This document shows, piece by piece, positions 37,058 to 52,900 of a stretch of 64,000 nucleotides of DNA. The notes under the pieces were generated by a model, which was not told the origin of the DNA, ran no database searches, and saw only the letters and a program-made list of their open reading frames with translations. The first letter of the stretch is position 1. Each line of letters starts with the position of its first letter. Source of the DNA: Tubiluchus corallicola (Eukaryota > Animalia > Priapulida); assembly GCA_030141605.1 (NCBI GenBank), contig JAQGDQ010000438.1, forward strand, positions 36,130-100,129, written 5' to 3'. The translations under genes were made by a program, and so were the position numbers.

Positions 37058-37954
37058 GTAAGAGATGATTTTTTCAGACTTTTTGTCATGAAAATAATTT
37101 GGTCATCGCCCCAAATAACTTTTGAGGAAATATTGAAACGAAGGACTGAATGAATGAGCAATAAAATGAATAAATGAACGAAGAAACGATTAGGTGGAAA
37201 ACGTACGAACGAATGAAAGAAAAACGAAGGAAGGGCCTATCGAAAGAAAAAAACGAACATGACAAGTGAGAATTGAACCCAGAAACTGGGAGGTGTGTTT
37301 GAGTATTCTATGCGTCCGTAAAAGCGTGAGTGAGTGAACGAGCAAATGTCACAAAGTGAACGAATAATTGATAACTTTTGCCTCACCGATAAGGAATCAG
37401 TTCTCACCAGTTTAATGGCAGACATTGTACACGGAAACTCAGACATTCCTTAGCAACTAATTACACTTTGTCAGGGTAAAAGCAAACAACTTCTTTCCTT
37501 TTTCTTATAAACATTTGAAGTGTTTGTCAAGTATTAACGAGGCAAAGGTTTTATGGCTCTTAGAAAATTAGTTATAAACCCTAATGAGTTAAAAAAGTAT
37601 CAAGAAGGGATTTAATTAAGAATTCCTGTTGCCAGGAACTGCTACGTGTGTTAATGAACACGTTTAGCTGGTTATCATTATGACTAAAGGTAAAGTAGTT
37701 AGTCACAGCATGCAAGTTGGCATTAAATTTTAGTTAAATTAGATTTCTTTCCTTTATGCATGACAGATAATAGGTATAATTATAAAGTTTGTTGAATTCA
37801 TATCATAAAACATTTTATTGTTGGTATCAATGGTTTTACGTCAATTAACTACAGACGGAAGTTGTGTCACTTCTTTTAAGTAAGTTTCTCAAGACAGAAC
37901 AATAGCAATAGCACTGAGATAGTTGAAAGAGAGAAAGAGAGGAAGAGGAAAGGC

Positions 37955-38175
<221 letters not shown>

Positions 38176-38257
38176 TGTTAAAGAGGCAAAGATAGTAAAA
38201 TGCATTAATTAAGCGCTAGTAATGTGATACATAGTTTGTTTTTTTCTAATGTTTTAG

Positions 38258-38359
38258 GTACTAGTAGCTGGAGTGATACTGAATGCAGTGTTGTGTTGCC
38301 TGATTGCTCGTCACCGTAGACTTCACACAATCATGAATTATTACATATTTAGCTTAGCG
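38258..38359 (+). CDS. Class A GPCR exon 2 (TM1-ICL1-TM2)
   Basis: TTTTAG acceptor; VLVAGVILNAVLCCLIARHRRLHTIMNYYIFSLA; GTAAGA donor. Confidence 0.9.
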
Positions 38360-38639
38360 GTAAGATGTTCTATGCTTTAGTTAATCCTGAAATTATAATA
38401 ATTCTGTAGTCATAGTCAGGTCTAGTGGTTGTAGTTACAAAGAAGTTAACCCTTCCCTCGCAAAAGGTTTTACGTTTTCTCTGGCTGACTTATACCGAAT
38501 ATGTATTTCCGTTATGAAAGATAAAATCATATTACTGCTATTTAAAATTCGATTTCTTAGATTAAAAGCAGATTGACGTAGTAAAAGCTAAAAGCGATCA
38601 GTGTGATTGTTTGCACAATGCGTTTCGTATTCATAATCA

Positions 38640-40660
<2,021 letters not shown>

Positions 40661-41319
40661 TCAGACCAGGGGGGGACACAGGTTTCAGAACAACGGTGGG
40701 CTCATCAGAAAAGCAGTTATGGGGTCTGGGGGAAAAATGCAAGCTCCCTAGCGAGGACAACAATACATTTTGCTGCATTTCAGACCACTTTTCTGCTTTC
40801 TAGAAGCCATTTCCTCTAGGAAGCTCACTGGTTTAGAACAGGTGTCACCTCACCTTTGACTCAAAATTACCAATATATTGATATACACTACACAGTATAC
40901 ATGATGTACATAACTTTCATCTGTTTTCTTGTGATATATGATTCTTACAGGCACCTTTAGCATCTAGCAAATTGTTCTAATGCTTATATTTCAGAGAAAA
41001 TATTAATTGTGTGTTGTAACAGTTACTGGGCAAGGGAGGGCCCAGGCCCCTTAGGCCCACCCCCTAAATCCGCCACTGCAGGTGAGATAAGTCTTCAAAA
41101 CTGACGTCATAGCTTATTTTTAGCAGTAGCACTAAGCACTAGCAGCATCAACAGAAGCCGGAACAACAAGCAATAATAGCTACATTAATACCTAGTGCAA
41201 TAACAACTGCATTAACACTTTGTACACTTATTACGTACAGCAGTTCATAATAAGAGTCCGTAGCTCATATCGTTTCGCGATTTCGAAATGCGAGGCTGCA
41301 AACGCTTTGCAAGAGAACG

Positions 41320-41935
41320 CGATACCTCTTGCGAAGAAACGCAATACCTCTTGCAAGGGAATGCAATACCTCTTGCGAAGGAACGTAATACCTCTTGCGA
41401 AGGAACGTAATACTTCTGGCGAAGGAACGCAATACCTCTTGCGAAGGAACGTAATACTTCTTGCAAGGGAACGCAATACCTCTTGCAAAGGAACGTAATA
41501 CTTCTTGCGAAGGAACGCAATACCTCTTGCGAAGGAACGTAATACTTCTTGCGAAGGAACGCAATACCTCTTGCGAAGGAACGTAATACTTCTTGCAAGG
41601 GAACGCAATACCTCTTGCGAAGGAACGTAATACTTCTTTCGAAGGAACGCAATACCTCTTGCAAAGGAATGTAATACTTCTTGCGAAGGAACGCAATACC
41701 TATTGCGAAGGAACGTAATAGTTCTTGCAAAGGAACGTAATACCTCTTGCGAAGGAACGTAATACTTCTTGTGAATGAACGCAATACCTCTTGCGAAGGA
41801 ACGTAATACTTCTTGCAAGGGAACGCAATACCTCTTGCGAAGGAACGTAATACCTCTTGCGAAGGAACGTAATACTTCTTGCAAGGGAACGCAATACCTC
41901 TTGCGAAGGAACGTAATACCTTTTGCGAGTGATTG
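41320..41935. repeat. 22-bp tandem repeat, about 28 copies
   Basis: Unit AATACYTCTTGCGAAGGAACGY. Confidence 0.95.
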
Positions 41936-42062
41936 CAATACATTTTGCAATGGAAGGCAAAAGATTTACGTTCGCTCGCAAAAATGTTTCAGTTTTTTCT
42001 TCTAACGTCGCCTTACGGGCTTCGTAGAATAGACCTGTGACAGCAAAAACAAGGGTTACTGA

Positions 42063-42274
42063 GACATATAGACATAGACATAGACATAGACATAGACATA
42101 GACATAGACATAGACATAGACATAGACATATAGACATAGACATAGACATAGACATAGACATAGACATAGACATAGACATAGACATAGACATAGACATAGA
42201 CATAGACATAGACATAGACATAGACATAGACATAGACATAGACATAGACATAGACATAGACATAGACATAGACA
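42063..42274. repeat. (GACATA)n hexamer repeat; (CA)n follows at about 42655-42765
   Basis: Direct inspection. Confidence 0.97.
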
Positions 42275-42666
42275 TTTTTATTTATCTCCTCATTTACACC
42301 AGTATACAAATTGACTATTATTTTTATAGTTATTGATTAAAAAGGATAAATTAAGCATAAAGGAAAGAGTTAGGGCGTGCAGGAGAAACGGTAGCGAAAG
42401 ACCAATTGGTTATCGAGTCAGCTACCCTTCTTAGGTTAGTTTAAATTGTAAAAAAATTGTAGTGCTGCTGTTAACATGAACTTATGGGGGAATACATTAA
42501 ACATGAAAGCGAAATAACTAAATAAGCTATGCAACAAAGAAATAAAATGAAAAATATCAAATGCTGATTAACAAAACATGTAAATATTGCATTTGAACAT
42601 TTTTTTGCAGAAACCACCAAAGTCCATACTGTGCATGCAGCGTCATCGTTAAAACACACACACGCA

Positions 42667-42769
<103 letters not shown>

Positions 42770-43946
42770 GCATAATATTTAGGAGACCATGGCTTCCTGT
42801 CTTGTTCTTTGAGACACGCCGAATTGCCTGGCTGAATAAATGCAAAACTAGTAACGCAAACAGTAACTGTTATGTCAGCTAGTAAAAAATTAATGCTATG
42901 TACAAAGGCCGATGTTTTGAATGTACTAGATCTATACACTTTCTATGGCAACCTGTTCTTATTCAATACACTGACGTGTATTTTAAAATAAGACACGGAC
43001 AATTAGTTCGGTTCAGTATCTTTGCTTTCAGTGATAATTTCCAGGAAACATTATCGATCCTGCTATCGCATCCTGAAACTGAAACCGAAGCAAATACATT
43101 AATTACGAATTTTAATTAAACTGATTTCACGGAATTTCCGCTGTTTCTTGTTTCCGACTGATGCCTAGTTTTTTTCCCATCGTTTAAGCGTTTTGGTGTG
43201 AGAGTTTTACTGCTAGATTCTCAAACTGAAAACAGCAAATCCTTCGTAATTCTTAAAAATTGAATGAGAATTTTTAATTGATAATAAATATGCAACTACT
43301 ATTTTCACATCTTTTAATGTTCTATATTTGGCGGTTAAATCAACAAGCTATAGATTTATTTGTTCTAAATTTGCATTGAACAGAATGAGACTGAAAATCT
43401 TTCAATGAAACGGCAATATTGTGTGCTACAAGGAGGAAATCTGGGGCCTGCTCTCTCATGGCAGGTCTTGGAGTACTAATCTCAAGTACTAAACAATATC
43501 AGGTCTCGGGTTCAAATCCCGACTGGCTAACAATTTTTCAAAATCTCCTTTCTTTCTTCACCCCATTAACCTCAGCGGGTAATAATTGTTGTAACATAAT
43601 CCGCAATGGTTTATCGATAGTCGGGCATTCACAGTCATAATCTAATTAATCATGAGGCAAGATTTTAAGGGCCTATGGCTTTGGGAATCGCCTGATTCAG
43701 TTGTGGAGTAATAATGCAATCGTGTGGCTAAGTGAGGTGATCAAAGATAGATAGCCAATAGAGAAGAGAGAGTTGTGAATAGAGGGTTCTGCGAAGTCCT
43801 GTTGGAAATTCATGGAAGGAGATTTCACGAAGAAAAATGTTGGCAATGGTGTAACCGAAAACTCAGCTTTGGTGAACTGACCGACATTACCTGAGTTCAC
43901 AGACTATTGGTGTGTATTTGGTAAGAAAATGCTTGGTAAGATCGGT

Positions 43947-44442
43947 GCTTGGTAAGAAAATAATTAAAAAATGGAACCCAGGCAAAAAGTCACAGGAAAA
44001 AAGTTACGGAAAAAGTCAGAATTTGGCTCGAAAAGAAAGTCACAAAAAGTCACAGTTTTGGCTGGGAAAGAAAGTCACAAAAAGTCACAATATTGGCTAG
44101 GAAAGAAAGTCTAAAAAAGTCACAATTTTGGCTAGGAAAGAAATTCAGAAAAAAGTCACAATTTTGGCTGGGAAAGAAAGTCACAATTTTGGCTGGGAAA
44201 GAAAGTCACAATTTTGGCTAGGAAAGAAAGTCAGAAAAAAAATCACAATTTTGGCTGGGAAAGAAAGTCACAGAATAAAAGTCACAATAAACTTTGGCTA
44301 CGCTTAGGGTTAGGATAAGGGTTATTTCTTTTTTTCCTGTGCGTTTTTTCATGTGACGTTTTCTCTCACCTTTTACCTGTGACTTTTTTACCCTGTAGCT
44401 TTTTTACCTGGATTCCATTTCTTAATCATTTTCTTACCAAGC
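43947..44442. mobile_element. MITE-like element with about 50-bp imperfect TIRs and internal tandem repeats
   Basis: GCTTGGTAAGAAAAT.ATTAA.AAATGGAA.CCAGG inverted at both ends; internal AAAGTCACAATTTTGGCT.GGAAAG repeats. Confidence 0.7.
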
Positions 44443-44579
44443 TTTAGTCTAACGAAACGCAGAACGGAAGTTGTTGATTACAGTTGCCCGATTTTATATC
44501 TGTCTGAAAAAAGTAAAATTTTCCTGCAAAAAGATTACATCAACAGGTAAAAAAATAACTTTTTTCGTTTTTATTACAG

Positions 44580-44749
44580 GTGACAGATTTTTTCATCGCT
44601 TTTTTAACAATTTTTTACCTGCTTACTGAAAAGCTTGTACCAGAAGAACTAAATTTCTACAATCACGTCAGTTGTAAAATCATTGGCTTCCTTTTCCGAG
44701 TTCTCCTCTACTTGGCAAATATCAAACTGATACCAATGTCACTGGAAAG
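44580..44749 (+). CDS. Class A GPCR exon 3 (TM2-TM3)
   Basis: TTACAG acceptor; VTDFF...SCKIIG...MSLE(R); phase-2 GTAGGT donor completes SLAVTD and ERY motifs across the junctions. Confidence 0.9.
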
Positions 44750-46999
44750 GTAGGTAGAATCAAACCAATATTTGTGTGTCAATTGAAAAGTATTAAAGCA
44801 CAAGAAAACCCTTCATGAACATCAAGCTTAAAAAATTAGTCTTGAAATTTTATATCACTTACATACCTGCCTTTTCGCGTGCAGGACTTCAATCTGCAGT
44901 CACGCTGTATAAAACATGTAAATTCAAACTCTCGCGATGACCGTTAGACGCAGCCATTTTCACGACAGGTCATTTGAAACAAGTTTAGATAACATTTTGT
45001 AAAGTTTGAAAAAATAATCAGAGCATTCGTAGAGCACAAGTCACTAACTAAATAAAATTTAAAATTACTGTACCTTGTCAATAAGGTTAAAAATACGTTT
45101 TTTGGTTAGTGAGTGGTGCACCCTGGAGGGTGAGTCAGCGACATTTTACCAATTGGTGAAAACATTTTAAATAATTAATAATTTTCTTTTCTAGTTACAT
45201 AAGTCTTTCTAGCAGGTAAGCGAAAAGCTAAGTAACATAGATTTGCACGGTAAGTCTTTTGAGATATAATTTAACATTTCCTTTTCTTCCCTTGATTTAC
45301 GTTTGGTACATGACGTCATGTAATGGCGACTTCGGAACAGTATTGCGGGAGATTTAAAATGAAAACAAACTAAAATTCCTTTCAGTGCGAGTACGATATA
45401 CGCATAAAATTGCTATAAAGTAATATAATTTTTTAAGGCGATTTTTCTGAAACCTACTTCAGGTACCCCTTTTCTTGACCTTGTCTTCAAGTACCCTTTT
45501 TCTTGTCCTAACATTGCTCAAAATTACATACGGCAATAGTCCTGAAGCGTTTCATTTTGTCTATAGTTATAGCTTTGCCGTTTTTTTATTGTTGGGCAGA
45601 GAAATATTTGTGTACTTATGGTGGTTAATATTGTGTAGAGGTGTTTAATGTGATGTCTAATTTTGACCGTGGCCCAAATTTTGATTGATATGGAGCAGCT
45701 GTAAGCAGTCCAAACACAGATATCAAAGATGGCGTCAGTCATTATTGACTTTTGTTGTCAAAAATAAACTGAAATGGTTTATTTTTGGATTAATAAGTGT
45801 TATCCGTTTATTAATGAAGTTATTAATAACGAATTAAACAAAAAAAACAAATATAATGAATTTAATTCGAAAGTTCGTTTTGTACGATGCAATGTAGACG
45901 AAAAAAATACACAACGTTTTATTAAGTTCTGTGATAACTATTAAAATCTTATCTAATTAAGTATCAAAACAAACAAAGCGAAGTGTTAAGATAATTTTTT
46001 GCAAGCTAGAGGAGCCTTCTGACTATCTAGTTTTCTCGTGAAATAAACACGCCAAGTAACTCGTCAAGTTAGTCGTCAAGCAACTCGTCAAGTAACTCGG
46101 AAGCGTGTTCAGACTAGAGAATCAAACTGTGTGACATAAGCCCTACAAAACCGCTGCAATTAGTTGGGTTTAAAATTCAAATTTTGCACATGAGCTCTCG
46201 AATGTGTGCGATACGTCACAACTGAACACCTCTAAACTTGTTTTTTGTGCAACGCGTTTTCGAGATGCAAACGCTGCTGGCTATTCAACTAGTAAATTTG
46301 GAATTGCTTGTAACAGTGAACAACGTTTTGCTAAAAGACAAGGTGCTAGATCTCGACTTCACAGTTAGTGGAAATCTAACATTTTCTACTCATCGTCTTA
46401 AGAAGGGGCCCGGTTTTCCTTCAGGAAACGATAGCTGCTGCTGTAGATGATGTGAGCAGATGGCGCTGCAGAAAAAATGTTGCTTTAACAACATTGCACG
46501 TGAAGTGGATGTTAATGAAGTAAACGACCTACGGTACCTCAGTGCGACTATTTCTGCTCATCATTTTGGATGAGTTTGTTTGTTTTGGTAATTCCGCAAC
46601 TAAACGATGTCTTGCACGTGTCTACACGTTTATAAATTTAGCAATAAGTAAGTCGTTGGAGGCAAGTACAGGCAGTCCTTTCATGTAGTGAACGCCACCG
46701 ACAAAGTATGCATTAGTATGCGTAATTTTGATGCGTCATGTGCGTTTATATTGTATTCGTGAAGATCAAAGCACCGTCAAGGCTTCAGGGTGGAAACGGA
46801 TCCTGTAGATGAGTTGATATGAAACCCCTAGATGACCCGCTTGTGATTTCAACATCCGGTTGTAGTTGTACTTGTGAGATCAAAATCGTTTGCTGTATAG
46901 AGTGTATCATGGCAGCTGTCATTTGTTTGCAAACTAAGTTTTTAAAGCATTAAAACCTTATTTACATTTTAAAAAAATATCCCAACCTTAAACTATAAA

Positions 47000-47650
47000 A
47001 CAGAACAATCTACCTTATAAAATATTGAAAGAGAACACAGAACAATCTACCTCATAAAATATTGAAAGAGAACACAGAAGAATCTACCTTATAAAATATT
47101 GAAGGAGAACACAGAACAATCTACCTTATAAAATATTGAAAGAGAACACAGAACAATCTACCTGATAAAATATTGAAAGAGAACACAGAACAATCTATCT
47201 GATAACATATTGAAAGAGAACACAGAACAATCTACCTGATAAAATATTGAAAGAGAACACAGAACAATCTAACTTATAAAATATTGAAAGAGAACACAGA
47301 ACAATCTACCTTATAAAATACTGAAAGAGAACACAGAACAATCTACTTTATAAAATATTGAAAGAGAACACAGAACAATCTACCTTATAAAATACTGAAA
47401 GAGAACACAGAACAATCTACCTTATAAAATATTGAAAGAGAACACAGAACAATCTACCTTATAAAATATTGAAAGAGAACACAGAACAATCTACCTTATA
47501 AAATATTGAAAGAGAACACAGAACAATCTACCTTATAAAATATTGAAAGAGAACACAGAACAATCTAACTTATAAAATACTGAAAGAGAACACAGAACAA
47601 TCTACCTTATAAAATATTGAAAGAGAACACAGAACAATATAACTTATAAA
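47000..47650. repeat. 37-bp tandem repeat, about 17 copies
   Basis: Unit ACAGAACAATCTACCTTATAAAATATTGAAAGAGAAC. Confidence 0.95.
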
Positions 47651-47747
47651 GAGTTGTACATTTTGACCAGGAGCAGCTGGATAAAATAAAATTGAAATGT
47701 TTAGTTTTTTGTGTTATTTTGCAACTTTAAAGTTATCTGTCTCATTG

Positions 47748-47890
47748 ACCAGGCGGTTTAGTCTAGTGGTAATGCGTCTGCTTTCCGTCTGGGAGGTCGT
47801 GAGTTCGAACCAGCGGTCGGGTCATACTTTAAAAATGGTACCTGCTGTTGCCCTGCCTGACTCGTGGTATTTAGGATAAAAGTGGGGTAA
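47748..47890 (+). mobile_element. tRNA-derived SINE
   Basis: A-box-like TAGTCTAGTGG and B-box GAGTTCGAACC followed by a non-tRNA body (GGTCATAC..TTAAAAATGGTACC). Confidence 0.65.
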
Positions 47891-48326
47891 TAATAGTCTC
47901 TGTTATGTAGTTGTAGGTTGTTATTTACAGTCGGCGATAATAGCTCTTTGAGCTAATGTTAATTGTTGACCCAAAAGCTGACCTTAAAAACTAATTAGTG
48001 ATTCACTATTTATTGGGAAGTGATGCTGCCGATAGCACCATGACCATAAAATATAATTTTAATTTCGTTTTATCTTTTTGTAATTTGCACTTAAAATTGT
48101 TAATTACCGATTTATTCAAAGTACCGCATCTACATTTGACTTACCTAAGTCACATTTGACTTACCTAAGTCACATTTGACTTACCTAAGTCACATTTGAG
48201 TTACCAAAACACATTCGAAATTTCTATGTCTACATTTGACTTATCTAAGTCACATTTGAACTTTCCTGTGTCTACATTTGACGTGTAAAACCTATATAAT
48301 TCTTCTTCTTCTTCTTCTTCTTCTTC

Positions 48327-48396
<70 letters not shown>

Positions 48397-48507
48397 CTGT
48401 GTTTTTACAGTTGATTTCTGCTGATTTTTTCACCACTGTAAAGTAGTCATTGTAGTTATTGGTTTCTGCATTGTTAAATATAATGCTACATTGTTGCTGT
48501 GTTGCAG

Positions 48508-49753
48508 GTACGTTGCTATGATGTATCCACTAAAAGCTCTCAAGTATCAGACAAAATCTCACACGCTGAAAGTTATCGCTTTTTGCTACGTGCCGCCATT
48601 AATTATAGCAATCCCCCATGCAATATACAGTGAACCGGTTTCTCTACGTCTAGGTACCCCTCTTCGCAACGTGACCGTGTGCAAGGCGTACTTTCCTTGG
48701 ATGTTTGAGCACAGCATCACCGCTTACGTGCTGATGTTCGCTCTTCCGCTTTTGGTGAAGGTGTGGACCGGAATTAGAATTGCCATCATGTTGCAGAAGA
48801 GGAAGCTGGACCATATTCCCCATCTTCCTGGATCTCGGCATCACCGGTCGACCCAGAATTTGACCACAGATGATGCCCGTGTACAGTCCAGTCAACGGTC
48901 ACAGTCAATGACCAGCGTGGACAGGCATAACAGAAAACTACCACCTGGTAAGAGGTTCCAACGTAGCATTTCCGCCCAAGAGTGTGCTCTGAACCGCAAA
49001 AAAGATTCCACTGAAAGAACCTACCAGCCATTACCGGAAATAAGGGAAACTATGGACGGAAGTGATGTCAACAGTTCGAAAACAACACGAGAAAGAGAGA
49101 CACCTGGTGTGAAGAAAGGGCGAACTAATATGGCACCGCGCGAAGTTAATGGCATGAGCCGTGTAGGTTCTAAATCTACGTTAGAGAAAACAAAATTACG
49201 GAGGCAGAAAAGCCGAAGCTATGAAGTGATATCGCCACTAGAGGCACCACAGTCTCTTAACCAGGATCACTCTCAAGGATCCTCGCAAAGCCTGCCACCA
49301 GAGGGGCAGCACAGTCGTAGGCGAGAAAGCGTTCAGAGAGTGATAAACGGAATCGGAAGTTTGCCCCAGTTAGCAGGAAAACTTTTTAATAGAAATGAAG
49401 CCAGTGTCATTGATTCCCTAAGTGCTGCTCAACAACGCGCAAAAGCCCGCTTGGTGGTGCTAATGTTGCTTGTTCACGTGCTGACATTACTGCCATATTG
49501 TGTCCAGCACGTGCTGCTGTTGATTGGAGAAGTAGGGGCAGAACATCGCAAACATTCTGTCTTTGTATCTGGCATTATTGCATTGATCATAAAGCTGCAA
49601 GCTGTCATGGATCCTATTGTAGTCATATGCACAAGTAAAAGTATAAAAACTGCCTTAGCCAATAGCCTTGGTTGTGGAAGAACACGTAAAAAAAGAAGCC
49701 AGTCACTTTCTGCGGTGCAAAATGTTTCAAATGTAACGAAGAGCCAAAGGTAA
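48508..49753 (+). CDS. Class A (rhodopsin-family) GPCR exon 4 (ICL2 to C-terminus); full protein 574 aa, peptide-receptor-like orphan
   Basis: TTGCAG acceptor; (R)YVAMMYPL, TM4 PLIIAIP, ECL2 Cys, TM5 FALPLL, long ICL3, TM6 LLPY, TM7 KLQAVMDPIV. Confidence 0.9.
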
Positions 49754-50059
49754 CGGCTCTGTACTGGCTACAGATTAGTTATTGTGGCTCTCGATTTAGA
49801 TATGTCTATTTAGTTTAAACATAATTTATTTAGGATTGGATCAGACAGTTTGTACAACATGATTTAGGATCCTCACCACAACAGACTTTATACACTATTT
49901 ACAAGAACATTTACAGTAAGAATAGACTATACTTTGTTTTTAGTATACTTTAGTATACTAAAGTTTTACTACAGTGATACATTAGACATTAGTAGAAAAT
50001 GACGGTTAGTAAATATTAATGTACGATTATTTAAGAATGATGCATTTTATATCAGATAG

Positions 50060-50340
50060 AAACTACTGGAAGCGTTTAGTACGTAATATAAAGTCATGTA
50101 TACATTGGAATATTTTACAGTTAGTAACATAGTTAAATTCATCTTTTCCGAATAATAACAACTTCAACAGATCATTATTTCCTAAGGCAGCTATATTAAG
50201 GCTTTCGGGCAGAAGCATTGCATTTAATTTATCAAACATAACTACCCTAGCTAGTTGATACAATGGGTAGTGCAACAAAAAGTGTTCAACAGACTCAAAT
50301 CGAAATCCACAGTTACAATATGTCTATTTAAAAGTGTATT
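50060..50340 (-). mobile_element. LINE ORF2 3' fragment (CR1-like, with Cys/His knuckle)
   Basis: CNCG..FESVEHF/LH.PLY...LLFG...NCKIFQCIHDFILRTKRF. Confidence 0.65.
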
Positions 50341-50376
50341 TCTTCATTTTAAAGAAGAATGTCATTAGTGCATTAA

Positions 50377-51071
50377 AAGAGAACCGGATGATTGTGTAAA
50401 CATTACTTCAGAATTAAGTATGCTCTAAAACATTGAAAACTACAATAGCTTTTTTAAATCAAAGCTTACATTAAAAACTACAATAGCGTTTTTAGATCAA
50501 AGCTTACATTAAATAAGAATTACCTCGGATATTCAAATTTCGTTAAACTTTCAAAGCTACGCGCGGCTCAGTGAATCTACTAAGATTGGCAGCGTCGCCT
50601 TTTTGTCACATTGGCCGACAAATAGAAGACGGTACCGTAATAACATGATCACGAACTGCAGTGTTAGTTTCTGATGTCATATGAGGTAGATCCCATTTTC
50701 GTGACATCACGTGTTTAAGCAGTAACACTTGTGCAAACGTGCTTGACGCGTAAGGGAAGGTGCCTGTTATTGCGCTAACTGTGGTTAGTTTCTGACGTCA
50801 TATGAGGTAGAGCCCCTTTTCGTGACATCTCCTGTTTAAGCTGTAACACTTATGCAAACGTGCTTGACGCGTAAGGGAAGATGCCTGTTATTGCACTAAC
50901 TGTGGTTAGTTACAGACGTAAGCAATAGCTGTGTGCGACTGCCATTAATTAACTTTCTAAGCTAATTATTAAAGTATAAGAAACAATTACTAACTTTTAT
51001 AGGCAAGAAAACGTATATTTTGTACAGTAAATTAAGATGAGATTGAGTCTAAATAATCATCCGGTTTTCCT
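50377..51071. mobile_element. Kolobok-like non-autonomous DNA transposon
   Basis: TTAA on both flanks; TIR ARRRRAACCGGATGATT; internal tandem duplication of about 120 bp (50662-50910). Confidence 0.7.
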
Positions 51072-51929
51072 TTAAATATAAATAGTTTCTCTGAAAACTT
51101 TGTATTTATAGTTCTGCTTATTAGTATCGTATTGTAGCTGCTAACACATGGAGTGGATCACAAGTTAAAAGGCAGTATGTTGTCTTTGTAGTCCTAATTT
51201 GTATTTTGGCTGTAAGTAGGCCGCCTCTGTAATATCGTGTATAGCAAAATATATGTAAAGTGCGATTTTACTGACTGAATTAAATTAAGTTGTGAGAGAG
51301 AAAGACATACAGGTATAGCCAGCCTCTTAATTATTATTGTAAAATTTATCAGAAATTGATCATCATTAGTATTATTGTAATAGTTTCAGTCATTACTGAC
51401 AAATAATTCACTGACCAGCCCTATCTGCAAAAGTTTAAAATACTCAACAATTGATATGAAATAGATCTATTAGATATCGCATAATAGCCTACTTACTATT
51501 TTCCAAAGTACGTGATATTAGAATATAATCGTATAACACTGTTTAGGACATAGTACGCCATGTAACTTTCTGGGATTAAGTTAGTAATTTACGGATTCAT
51601 ATTGTTATAAATTCGTGTTTTTCTTACATGCCAGTAATAAACTGTAGCTGTTAAATAAAGCAAATTACGCCAAGACACTCGTTCTGATGATGGTAGGTTG
51701 GTGGCTTTTAAACCGTTTTGTTTTTATAAGTGCAAGAAACATGCTAATTGACATCAAAATCTTGTATCGTGTAGTTTTTTGCTCGACTCTTTTGTATATT
51801 TATTATTTGACTAAAAATTTTGATCCTTTCGTAATAATATCGACTGAATTGCTAATTATATAAGGGTGATTTATGCTTTGGTAAAAATTTAAACAAAACA
51901 ATGTTATGTTTGACTATTTTCAGCTGTTC

Positions 51930-52414
51930 TATAGGTTTTACATGTCAAATGTAGACACAGGAAAGTTCAAATGTGACTTAGGTAAGTCAAATGTAGACAT
52001 AGGAATTTCGAATGTGACTTAGGTAAGTCAAATGTAGATGCATTACTTTGAATAAATCGCTAATTAAGTTATTTAAGTGCAAATTAGAAAAAAGATAAAT
52101 TACAGATAATGCATCTATTAGTAGACCTATAACGTTGTTATTTTAACTTAAGAGCAATTATTTAATTGAAATTAAAGAAGATTAGATTTAACATCCTTAA
52201 GCTTTACCACCTATCCACATTTGAGATACCAATATCACATTTGACTTGACATGTGTCTACATTTGACTTACCAAAAACGCTTAAGATTTCTTGAAAACCA
52301 TTGTTAACACATTTGAACTAGCTAAGTCTACATTTGAGTTACCAAGACAGATTTGAATTACCTAAATCTACATTTGAGTTAACGTAGGTCTACATTTGAC
52401 ATGTAAAACCTATA
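51930..52414. mobile_element. MITE with TATAGGTTTTACATGTCAAATGTAGAC TIRs; partial inverted copy at about 48065-48295
   Basis: Perfect 27-bp inverted termini and repeated ACATTTGA.TTACC subterminal motifs. Confidence 0.8.
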
Positions 52415-52900
52415 GAACACACGAATAGCCAAATAAAAATATTTCCTAAAGTGTGTATGGTGTGAAGTTGAAACGGACGTTACACTTGCTGATTTCATGT
52501 AATCCATAGACTGCTGCACAGCTGTACTTTTAATTCTGTGATTTCTCTAAATCAAATTCATTTTGGTCTCATTCGAGGTCAGAAGGTCGCAATGTTATGT
52601 TTCCTACTTCCCTAGAATCCCCCCAGGAATGCTGCGATCTTGGTGTACAGCTTAAAAACTCACGTTGTGTCCATTACACGCATCAAAAGAAGCAATATGG
52701 CAGCCCCTTACCTGCAACTCAACATGGAACAACATTACCGGCAACTCAACATGGAACAACAATGTACAGGTAATAGGTGGAACTTGTTATGTACACACGT
52801 CTCTGTTACATTTAAAATTTGACTTATAATTATACTGCTACCTTTTACTGACATTCTGGCTTTTTCTCGACTCAATATTGGACCAACAATAATAAACGGT

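Noticed and set aside
41231-41950. 230-240 aa ORFs
   Set aside because: Stop-free frames of a 22-bp tandem repeat
47748-47825. tRNA genes here and at 58806-58875
   Set aside because: Acceptor and anticodon stems do not pair well; better explained as SINE heads
48491-48507. ORF-track start for a stand-alone 420-aa GPCR
   Set aside because: This is the intron 3' end; TM1-TM3 are supplied by upstream exons
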